Below, one piece after another: positions 1 to 9,569 of a DNA stretch of 64,000 nt. The translations under genes were made by a program, and so were the position numbers. Numbering within the stretch: position 1 is the first letter of the stretch; every line of letters begins with the position of its first letter. The notes under the pieces are model-generated. The model worked only from the letters and a program-made list of their open reading frames with translations. It ran no database searches and was not told the DNA's origin. Origin of the DNA: Parasitella parasitica NRRL 2501 (Eukaryota; Fungi; Mucoromycota); contig MU619390.1 of the NCBI GenBank assembly GCA_025201805.1, positions 1 through 64,000 on the forward strand, in the 5' to 3' direction.

Positions 1-720
1 GTAGATTTAGGTTTAAAATCCTATAAAGCTGCTCACAGACCACGGTTAAGAACAACTCACAAGGAAAGAAGACTACAATGGGCAAAGGATAAGGTGGATT
101 TCACTATGGATCAATGGAGACATGTGATTTGGTCGGATGAATCAAAATTCAACATTGTAGGTAATGATTCTGGTACTAGAGTCATCCGCCAAATCAATGA
201 AAGGTTTCATGAAGACCATGTTATGGAGACCACAAAGTTTGGAAGTGGTTCGGTAATGGTTTGGGGATGTTTTTGGGCGGGTGGATTTGGCCCAATTAAA
301 GTGATCAAGACACGATTTGATCAGCTGGAGTATATTAAGTGTTTAGAAGAAGTATATATTCCTTATATCACACAGCTCACTCAGAAAGAAGGAAAACCAT
401 TTATTCTTCAAGAAGATGGTGCCACATGCCATACGGGCAAGGTTACAACAGCTTGGAAAATGGATCAACCGGATGTCCATTCATTCGACTTTTGGCCCGC
501 TCAAAGTCCAGATTTGAACCCTATTGAACATGTGTGGTCATACCTAGAGAAGAAGATTGAGGGTAGAAGACATAGAATATCAAAGACGAAAGAATTAGAA
601 GAAGCATTGATTGAGGAGTGGAACAAAATTGAAGTAAGCTTTGCTGAGAAACTTGTTGGAAGTATGACCTCTCGCTGTAAAGAAGTCATTAAATCTAAAG
701 GTGGCCACACCAGATATTAA
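1..720 (+). CDS. Tc1/mariner-family DDE transposase, 5'-truncated by the window edge
   Basis: Frame is open from base 1 (VDLGLKSYKAAHRPRLRTTHKERRLQWAK...). Tc1 motifs present: VIWSDESKF, VMVWGCF, LQEDGATCH, WPAQSPDLNPIEHVW, GGHTRY*. Confidence 0.93.
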   Translation, partial: VDLGLKSYKAAHRPRLRTTHKERRLQWAKDKVDFTMDQWRHVIWSDESKFNIVGNDSGTRVIRQINERFHEDHVMETTKFGSGSVMVWGCFWAGGFGPIKVIKTRFDQLEYIKCLEEVYIPYITQLTQKEGKPFILQEDGATCHTGKVTTAWKMDQPDVHSFDFWPAQSPDLNPIEHVWSYLEKKIEGRRHRISKTKELEEALIEEWNKIEVSFAEKLVGSMTSRCKEVIKSKGGHTRY

Positions 721-1078
721 TTTTTGAAAATCTTTAAATAAACATATCTACGTATTATATACTCTAATTTGAGGTTATTTGAAGAATCTTTTATTATCAA
801 GAACATCAAGACAAAGATCATAATGGCTTTCAGAATTAAAAAAAGTCGGAGTTGTGGTTCCTGATTTATTATCAGTGAGTGTATCAACAATAAAAACCAT
901 AATGCTTTTCTTTTCAAAATGCATATCCATTTCATCTTTTCTTTTAAAAAAGTATACGTTCTACTTTTATTCCATTTAAATGTTCCAAATGTAAATTAAA
1001 TATTGTCTTTCTTGTAGTTTTTTTGCTCATACATTACCCTTGGTTTTAACGTGTTTTTGATGTTACCTTTTTACACTG
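1..1078 (+). mobile_element. Right part of a Tc1-like DNA transposon with a candidate right terminus
   Basis: Downstream of the transposase, ...TTACACTG|TA at 1071-1080 reads TA|CAGTG on the minus strand, the usual Tc1 TIR start plus TA target. The left TIR is outside the window, so this cannot be confirmed. Confidence 0.55.
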
Positions 1079-1538
1079 TATGTTGTGGAATATATAGGAT
1101 ACTACTGCTACCTAAAGCTAACAAATGGACAAATGAATACGTACCATACAATATCAATTTGATGAATAAATCGACGCAGGTCTTTTGTACATAAAACATA
1201 TTCACATTTGTCCTAATAAATATTTCTTGATTTTGAATGCAAATAGCCATATTTTTTCTCAAGAATCTTTTATTTCTTCACGCAAATGCTGAAATACACA
1301 ACAATATGCGTAACAAAACAGCTGAGCATATCAAGTACAGTTCACAAGCACAACAATTTTCGGCATGTTTTTTAATTCTCTTTCTTTTCAATATATTTTT
1401 TAGACAATAAATGTTAGTCCAAAGATATATAAAATATAGTGGCTACATGCTATGGACGTATGAATGGTCCAAGAAGGTATAATTTTTTGAAAGGCACTTT
1501 TTAGCACCATTAACAATCTAGTCAATATTTTTTAAATA

Positions 1539-1893
1539 NNNNNNNNNNNNNNNNNNNNNNNNNNNNNNNNNNNNNNNNNNNNNNNNNNNNNNNNNNNNNN
1601 NNNNNNNNNNNNNNNNNNNNNNNNNNNNNNNNNNNNNNNNNNNNNNNNNNNNNNNNNNNNNNNNNNNNNNNNNNNNNNNNNNNNNNNNNNNNNNNNNNNN
1701 NNNNNNNNNNNNNNNNNNNNNNNNNNNNNNNNNNNNNNNNNNNNNNNNNNNNNNNNNNNNNNNNNNNNNNNNNNNNNNNNNNNNNNNNNNNNNNNNNNNN
1801 NNNNNNNNNNNNNNNNNNNNNNNNNNNNNNNNNNNNNNNNNNNNNNNNNNNNNNNNNNNNNNNNNNNNNNNNNNNNNNNNNNNNNNNNNNNNN
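1539..1893. other. Assembly gap (N run)
   Basis: Run of N. Confidence 1.
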
Positions 1894-2199
1894 GTATCAA
1901 AGTTAGAAATGATGATGCTTCTCTCTGTTTTATGTCTTTCTATACTGTCTTAATATTTTCTTTTTCATAAATTGTTCTTGTTTATATATATCATCTTCCA
2001 TCTAACATATAATGAATCTCAATAATATCTTTAGTTGAAAATATATATTCATTTTTAAATAAAATTGTAATTGTAATTGTAAAACAAAAACTCTAGCCCT
2101 ATACATACAGTGTTATGGCTAATTTTGCAATAAATGTCTATCAATGGTTCAGTAGATTAACAGTATCAGCAGTATATTTTTTTTTGATTACGAATCATC

Positions 2200-2410
2200 C
2201 CGTAGTGATTGATATATAGGCAAAATTACTGATGTTTTACCAGTGATTGATTTATCAATGCTGCTAATTGCTAATCGCAAGCGATTATCGTATTTATCAC
2301 TGGTCATAAATTTAGTCTTTGTGATAAAAGCATCACTAGTGATAAAATGGTTTATCACCAGTCATCCAGTAATACACCTAATCACTAGTCATTAGAACTG
2401 ATGATAAATG
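2200..2410. repeat. Cluster of short quasi-palindromic ATCAC(T/C)(A/G)GT / TGATAAA motifs
   Basis: TTTATCACTGGTCATAAA (2293-2310), perfect palindrome ATCACTAGTGAT (2332-2343), TTTATCACCAGTCAT (2351-2365), ATCACTAGTCAT (2381-2392). Confidence 0.6.
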
Positions 2411-2451
2411 TGAAAAAAAAATAGCACTGAAGTTAGCCATGGTGTAAGGCT

Positions 2452-3486
2452 ATGGCTATTGTACAGCAAGCCTTAACTTCTGGATCTGTTTTGTTCTCCT
2501 TTGCAAAAAGGTTATTTGGTGATCGTGTGGAAGCATACAAGATGATCCACTCTCAAATTTCGGCTGCTGTGGAGTTTAGGCCTATCAGTCTTTATGATAA
2601 TAAAGATGATGGGTCTCTTTTAATTGAGGCCATGTTGGAGAAGGTGGAAGATGCTAAAAAGGCCATGACTACTGGCATTACTGTTAGTGGAATTATTTAC
2701 AAGGCTAGTTCTACTCAGGAAACAAAGAAATTTGGGGATTTGAAGCATGTGCAATTTACCTTGATGCGCATAGTGAAGGATCCTGCTTTTTTAGGCTTAT
2801 TACGTGAATCATTGTCGTATTATGGCCGTGTCTTACAGATCAAGCAATTTACTCGTGGTGGATTTTTTGAAGGCAAGTTTTCGGCTATCTTGGATACATC
2901 TGTGGGACATCAGGTAGGGGACAATGAGAGCATGGAGGCTCGTCCCTTAGGTAGAATGCTCTACCTCAGCGAGTTTGACTGTTTCGTCTCAGCGGATTAC
3001 AAGGGTGCGCCTCCTGTTTGCCATTTCTGTAGACGTAGTGGTCATATTCGCGCTAAATGTCCTGACTTGGCGCAAAGAAAGTGTTTTGGCTGTAACAAGG
3101 CTGGCCATATGATTCGTTTTTGTCCCGAGGCTGCTGGTAAGAAGCCGGACTATGTTAAGAAGCAGAAGATTTCACATGGTGACAACACTGAAGAGCCATC
3201 TCAAGATGCAGTCGAGCATGGTAAGGCTCGTGAAGCAACAATCGCTCTGCTAGACGTTGTTCAGCAAGCCAAGACTGGCCGTGATGAGGCGGAGATAGTT
3301 GATGGTAGCAAGGCCGGTGAACTGGTGGTATTGGAAGAAGCCGAGTCTTCTTGTTCAGAGGTGAGTGATGTCAAGACTCTTTTAGATGAGGAAATGCTTT
3401 CAGCTAATGAGGATGAAAGCAAAGACAATGTTATGCTGCCTGGCCGCCATGCTGGTACTGAAATTGCCTATCAGGAGGCGTTTTAA
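2452..3486 (+). mobile_element. Gag-like ORF1 of a non-LTR (LINE) retrotransposon with two CCHC zinc knuckles; ORF2 absent
   Basis: CHFCRRSGHIRAKC and CFGCNKAGHMIRFC follow an RRM-like LSYYGRVLQI region. The ORF ends abruptly in a 26-bp motif at 3480. Confidence 0.75.
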
Positions 3487-3505
3487 TATACGAAATTGAT
3501 ATACA
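3480..3505 (+). repeat. 26-bp direct repeat, copy 1
   Basis: GTTTTAATATACGAAATTGATATACA; 25/26 identical to 5145-5170. Confidence 0.9.
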
Positions 3506-3711
3506 ATTAAAACTGGATATATTAGAGACCTTGCTAGGTTATGAATTCTTCAGATTTCTAAAACAGTACGATTTGTGTAATGCCTGTACTACGATAAGTT
3601 CTTTATAGAAATTACGTGAATTGGAAAGAAACTTGTAAAAATTTGTGTATGTCATAATTATTACATGTCGTCCCCGTTATTAACACACAAAGCAAAATAA
3701 TTACTAACAAT

Positions 3712-4788
3712 ATGGACCACAATACAATTGAGGACGATTTAATTCTTTTATTGCATGCTAGAAGTATGCGTGAATCTCCCAAAAGACAAAGAGTAAAGTA
3801 TGAGCGTTTGATTTTGGAGGGATTGACCGATCAAAAGTGCAAGGCAATGTTTCGCTTCACCCTTGGAGAAATCAAGTGCATCTGCGAAGTTTTAAAGCTG
3901 GATTCCATAGTCAGATTAAATGGTGTCCAAGCAGAAAATTATTCTGCGATGGCTATGCTTTTGTACACTCACGCCTTTCCTCGAAGACTTGTACACATCA
4001 GCGAATATTTTGGTGTCTCTGAATGCAACGTATCTAGAATATTGAACGGCATATCCAAAATAATTATTGAAAAAATCAAGTACGGTTTGGAGTTTGATGA
4101 AAGGCAATTCTCAAAAGAAAACTGTGAGCGATTTTCAAAAGCAATTTTTGATAGAGGGGCATACTATTCGCATATCGTTCGATTTATCGACCGTACAATG
4201 CAGCAGATATGTCGACATACTGGTAATTTAGTGCAGGAAAATATGTACAACGGCTGGAAACACATCCATTGCAACAAGTTCCGGGCCATCTCTACACCTG
4301 ATGGTAATACTACTAGCTTATGTGGACCATACGTTGGACGACGCAACGATCGAGGAATGTTGAACGAAAGCCAAATGAGTGAAAGATTATCGGCTCACTT
4401 TAACAGCATTTCTCCTAACAAAAAGTATGCTATTTATGGCGATGAAGGATACACAGGAGGCCGTAACATAGTTGTTCCGAACAGCTTGCCATCTGCTAAC
4501 AAACTTGGACAAGAAACAAACAAGTCTTTATCCAAAGTACGTGTGGCAATCGAAATGGAATTTGGCAAAGTATCTCAGTATTTCAATGGATGCAAATGGA
4601 AGTCTAATAATAAATTAAAGCAAGCAACACCTGGAAGAAAATACGTTCTTGGTACGTTTTTCAAAAATATTTATACTTGCATAAATGGATCGCCCGTTTC
4701 TGCAATGTTCAAGCTAACACCTCCAACTGTCAAAGTATATCTTGAACAACTAATGAGACCCAGAAATAATAATGATATTACAGAATAA
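3712..4788 (+). CDS. PIF/Harbinger (HARBI1-like, DDE_Tnp_4) transposase, probably decaying
   Basis: MFRFT, HTH-like ISEYFGVSECNVSRI, FIDRT (GFIDGT-like, D1), MYNGWKHIH, GRRNDRGML, YGDEGY (D2), KVRVAIEMEFG (E). Confidence 0.88.
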   Translation: MDHNTIEDDLILLLHARSMRESPKRQRVKYERLILEGLTDQKCKAMFRFTLGEIKCICEVLKLDSIVRLNGVQAENYSAMAMLLYTHAFPRRLVHISEYFGVSECNVSRILNGISKIIIEKIKYGLEFDERQFSKENCERFSKAIFDRGAYYSHIVRFIDRTMQQICRHTGNLVQENMYNGWKHIHCNKFRAISTPDGNTTSLCGPYVGRRNDRGMLNESQMSERLSAHFNSISPNKKYAIYGDEGYTGGRNIVVPNSLPSANKLGQETNKSLSKVRVAIEMEFGKVSQYFNGCKWKSNNKLKQATPGRKYVLGTFFKNIYTCINGSPVSAMFKLTPPTVKVYLEQLMRPRNNNDITE

Positions 4789-4843
4789 ACGATCCTATTT
4801 GAAGAAACAAATGGTAGTATGAAGTAGCTTTATTTTCTGGCTG

Positions 4844-5140
4844 TTACTTTCGAGAGAGAAAATCGGTAAATAGTCGAAACAAGCGTTAATTATCCTGATG
4901 CAGTTGTTCGTTGTCCCGATGCAGTTGTTCATTAGCACGAATCAATTCTTCCATATCACAATGAAGTTGTTGATTGTCCCGATGTAAGTTAACAAAAATG
5001 TCTACGAGTTCTTCTTGGTTTCTTGTTCGTTGAGCAAATGATTGCTGTAGCAACCCAGCAAAGTCATCGCCGCTTCTTTCAATGACTAAACTAGGAGAAG
5101 TGAGGACGGGAGCCTTTATTGTCCTGCTACTACCAGTTAT
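4844..5140 (-). pseudogene. C-terminal coiled-coil remnant of a second, convergent Harbinger ORF
   Basis: Minus strand reads ...SGDDFAGLLQQSFAQRTRNQEELVDIFVNLHRDNQQLHCDMEELIRANEQLHRDNEQLHQDN*RLFRLFTDFLSRK*. Convergent on the transposase, as in two-ORF Harbingers; the N-terminus is lost. Confidence 0.5.
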
Positions 5141-5144
5141 GTCT

Positions 5145-5170
5145 GTTTTAATATACGAAATAGATATACA
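5145..5170 (+). repeat. 26-bp direct repeat, copy 2
   Basis: GTTTTAATATACGAAATAGATATACA. Confidence 0.9.
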
Positions 5171-6510
5171 GTATTAGGTACGTATTTTTCATCGACAACG
5201 GCATCATCATACAGGATTTTATTATCATCCCAATTAAAGGCGACGCCTGCTAATGTAATGCCCAGTTTTGAGAAGATATCACACCCGAAGAGCGAGTGTT
5301 TATCATTTCCTAATTCCTTCATGATGAAGAAAGAATGATGCACATCACGACCATTATATTTGATATGGATGTCGTCCGTTTTACCTAATAACAGTATATT
5401 CTCATTATTTGCCAGTGTTATGTTTACATCGGGGCAAGGGTGGACGGTAATATCGTATTTATTACACAAGTGAGAAGACAGGATGGAGATATCAGAGCCT
5501 GAATCGATCAGAGCTAGTTGCCTATGTATGCCCAACAATAAGAAAGGAGATAATGGAGAATATGGATTCTGATTTAGTACATCATTTGTATCGACCATTT
5601 GTCTTCTCTTGGTAGTACTGATTAGCATACTACACAAAAGATTGCCACATTTACCATTATTATCAGATGATGGGACATCGAGGTCATTCATTGTGCTTTC
5701 ATCGAGGAATTCAGCCATGTCATCGTCGTCAGTAAGAGGATTGATCTGACTCAGGATTTTCATAATATTCTGAGCGCAGTCATTCAAATCCTGTTCGTTC
5801 ACAGGATGCATATTGCTCTGCCTAGCTGTACGCACCATGTTGACACCCGCTGTTTTGGCTAAAGTGTATGGATTGTTATGGTGGGGATTAGTCAAGTGTT
5901 CGGTAAAAGACTAGCGTCTCATTGCAAACGTACCCGTGCGATTCATGTTGACAGGCTGGTCTATGCCCTTTGCAGCGTTTTGTCGTGCATTTTGAAAAGC
6001 AATGCGTTCTGGACAGAAATGACCCGGGTAGAACTTGACTTTTTCACAGTGAGTACACAGTGATCCGGTCTGAGGTGGGACAGCAGTGTTATGTCCCTTG
6101 CGATCTATTCGCTTGAAGGGGGGCGTCTTTGCCTCATCATTAGAAGCGGCTGGTCCGACCGCCAGATTGTCAGAGCGTCCACGCTTTCTATCATTGGCGC
6201 TCTTGGTCTGTTTTTCTACCTCGACTTGGTATCGTTCTAACAGATCCCAATGCACGGAGGAAGAATGAACTACCAAGAGTTCCATGATCGACTGCAAGTT
6301 TTCATGAGGTAAAATAGCGTCGCTATTGACGGGAGGGCTAATACTACCTTGAGCTGCCCGCATCGTGGGTAGCTTTGCTTTCAAATATGTTTTCACATAC
6401 TCCTTTAATGCAGCGAAACACATGATTGCCATAAAGACAGAATCAGGTACTTGGGCTTTTGCCATCAGGATGATAAAGCGTTGAAGGAATTCCATCAATG
6501 GTTCGTCAAA
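5171..6510 (-). mobile_element. Ty3/gypsy-type LTR retrotransposon fragment (gag C-terminus plus aspartic protease)
   Basis: Gag-like EPLMEFLQRFIILMAKA, knuckle-like CTHCEKVKFYPGHFC, retropepsin ALIDSGSDIS...SLFGCDIFSKLGI. Frames are broken and the element is truncated before RT. Confidence 0.75.
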
Positions 6511-7025
6511 NNNNNNNNNNNNNNNNNNNNNNNNNNNNNNNNNNNNNNNNNNNNNNNNNNNNNNNNNNNNNNNNNNNNNNNNNNNNNNNNNNNNNNNNNN
6601 NNNNNNNNNNNNNNNNNNNNNNNNNNNNNNNNNNNNNNNNNNNNNNNNNNNNNNNNNNNNNNNNNNNNNNNNNNNNNNNNNNNNNNNNNNNNNNNNNNNN
6701 NNNNNNNNNNNNNNNNNNNNNNNNNNNNNNNNNNNNNNNNNNNNNNNNNNNNNNNNNNNNNNNNNNNNNNNNNNNNNNNNNNNNNNNNNNNNNNNNNNNN
6801 NNNNNNNNNNNNNNNNNNNNNNNNNNNNNNNNNNNNNNNNNNNNNNNNNNNNNNNNNNNNNNNNNNNNNNNNNNNNNNNNNNNNNNNNNNNNNNNNNNNN
6901 NNNNNNNNNNNNNNNNNNNNNNNNNNNNNNNNNNNNNNNNNNNNNNNNNNNNNNNNNNNNNNNNNNNNNNNNNNNNNNNNNNNNNNNNNNNNNNNNNNNN
7001 NNNNNNNNNNNNNNNNNNNNNNNNN
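6511..7025. other. Assembly gap (N run)
   Basis: Run of N. Confidence 1.
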
Positions 7026-7053
7026 AAAGCTGTGAATTATTACAAGTCTCTTT

Positions 7054-7983
7054 TTATTGTATTGAAATATCTGAAATATACATCAGTCTTGGCGACGTAT
7101 CCATCGACGAAGCAAACGATTGACGCAATGCGACCTCCCAATGACGATTGATGTCAGAATCATGGTATGCGAAAAGAGATTCGAACTTTTCAATGAATTC
7201 TTCTACGTTGAGAAAGGTAGCGACATTCTTTTTTGTATCCGTGAGCCTCATCTGATATGCTTGCGTTTGATAATTGCAAGACTCAATGTTAAAGCTGGGA
7301 ATTTTTTCCATAGGAACATCAAATCGTCTACTTTGGTTTGATCCTGTGGGTACAGCGACGTTGCGTTGAACAGGTTTGTCCTTATGAGCTAAATCAGCAC
7401 GGACTCCTTGCAATATGCCATCCATCACCTTGATCTTTTCGTTTAGCTGTGAAACTTCTTGGAAAGAGTCAGGGTCATCAGATTCGATGCGATCCACTAC
7501 TTGATCACGCATGGCTTGAATCATAAGCTCATACTTCATCTCTTTAGCTCTCAAGCTTTCAAGTGTGATGTGAGCATACTTCGAATTCATATTATGCGGG
7601 GAGGATATGCTAAATGATGAAGAGGCCTCTACTCGTGGCCTCTCTGTCCTCGTGTAGTTCATTTTGAACGAATTCGATGTTCCGTTATCTTTAGGATTTT
7701 GAAACTCGTTTAAATTAGTTTTAAGATCACCAACCACCGTTGGATTTCTATATTGTTGTGTACCATTGTACTCATCCGTACGACCATCATCAGGTTCATG
7801 AAGGTCTTTCTCAACCTCCATGTCCTCCAAATCATCCTCGAATTCAGATAGAAGATTATCACGATTAGGGGCAGTGTCAAAGTCCTTTTCATAGGATTGC
7901 GAGGAACTGTATTCACCGTGAGTTTGATTACGTGCCTTTTCGGTCACTTGGGAATCAGTGTAATTTTTCTTTTTTTCAGCCAT
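7054..7983 (-). mobile_element. Retrotransposon gag-like N-terminal ORF, truncated
   Basis: Disordered N-terminus, coiled coil, then FLNVEEFIEKFESLFAYHDSDINRHWEVAL, which resembles the start of a gag capsid. Same strand as the gag/protease across the gap. Confidence 0.5.
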
Positions 7984-8149
7984 TTGACTTTCGAAAGGTA
8001 AACGTGGTTATTTTTTAATGTAAAGAACGAATCGTTCAAGAACGTTGATATAAAAAAATGAGAGTTATATGAATAACGATTATTTCCAAAGACAATTAAA
8101 TAAAGATACTACAAGCGATTATATCACGGAGAACGTAGGGTCTTTATTA

Positions 8150-8727
8150 AAGATTGAAAAGGAAGCCAGGATTGCTCTGGTCCTGGTTTCTAAAAGTCTT
8201 TATACAATTCCATTTGAATGTCAGTGTCAATATTGGAATTGAGATGAGATTCAACCTTCAATTAATAGGCGAAAACCGACAAATGTATTTCACAGACCAC
8301 ACACTCTTTTTGGCTTATATCATGGAAGCAGCTAAGGTTACCTCTATTAGACCATATACAATGGCAAATTGGGCAGGACGATTTTATGCAAAAAGCAGGA
8401 ATCGATCCATGTTATACGGCACACTCTGTGCGTGCAGCAGCGAGCACAAAGGCAGTGGAAATAGGGTACTCCATCAAGTCAATCAAGAAGCATGCGAACT
8501 GGAGTCTCAACACAAACATATTTGAAAACTTTTACTACAGATCTTTAGCAGCAGCTTCAACCAGCATAAAGATATCCAATTCAATTTTCACACCGGAAAA
8601 ACGTATCACATTAGGAGCTGAAGCGGAGGAAAATGAGATTGTTATAGTACAACCAATAATCAATACATTTCCGAAGCGAAAGCGAATAATGTAATAAATG
8701 CCCACCCTTGGTATAAATTCTGGTAAT
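8150..8727 (+). pseudogene. DIRS-type tyrosine recombinase C-terminal fragment
   Basis: YTAHSVRAAASTKAV...IKKHANWSLNTNIFENFYYR gives the HxxR...H/W...Y catalytic box. Frameshifted upstream and downstream. Confidence 0.8.
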
Positions 8728-9019
8728 TAGTTTGGTTGTATACATATCCTGATTTATCAGAAAAGTTCAAATAGAAATTAATCAGGTAAAGATCCGTTTA
8801 TTACATTCAAAAATAGAAGGTTTATATACTTTTTATGAACTGAGGGAAGCGATGTGAAGATAAAGGTTTTAGTGATGAGATCCGGGAGATAGGGTAGATT
8901 GTATCTATCCCAAATGTATATGTCATGTCATATTATTCTATGATCTGATGTTTTACTCTTCAGTATGAGTTTATATTATATTGACATCCGGTTTTAGAAT
9001 TGATAAATCAGGTACATAT

Positions 9020-9498
9020 ATCGAGAGACAGTAATTTTAGCATACAATCGATTGTGGTCTTTGATCAGTTTGTCAGAAATGGCCCAGAGATGGACTTTTC
9101 CTTTACAGAAGATGCTCAAATCAACAATGAATGTTTGTTTGTTGTCAAGAGCATTGCTGATGTCAATGATAATGGAATGAGGTATGGAGCCTGGATATAT
9201 AAGGACGTACCTTTTCTTCAGCAAAGTGATCTTGGGAGGATCTATTAGCGCTAGAGGTAGATCGATCAGATTCATCTAGAGGCTGGTGTGATGGTGGGTC
9301 AGACATGGCGCTCGAGTATGTCTGGGAGCCACCTGTTACGGCGTCAGTCCAGGATTTTGAGCGGGTTTTGTATGAATTCGGGCCCTTAAAGATGCCATTT
9401 GGTTTATTAGCGGAGAAAGCCATAATAATTTCCTTCCAATCGGAAGGCCTGTTTAACTTATTTGAAATCCTGTCAAAAAACAGTGAAATTTGGTCCAA
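9020..9498 (-). pseudogene. Degenerate N-terminus of a LINE ORF1-like protein
   Basis: KSWTDAVTG motif followed, after a frameshift, by YPGSIPHSIIIDIS...; no knuckles retained. Family assignment is tentative. Confidence 0.4.
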
Positions 9499-9569
9499 AT
9501 ATCCTGAAATTCAGTCCAAAAAACATGAACAATCCAGTATTCATCTATCTGGCTCATTTGATCCAAATC

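Noticed and set aside
6451-7151. Long ORFs spanning N gaps (also 1532-1900, 42773-44051, 59277-59594)
   Set aside because: Artefacts of translating N runs.
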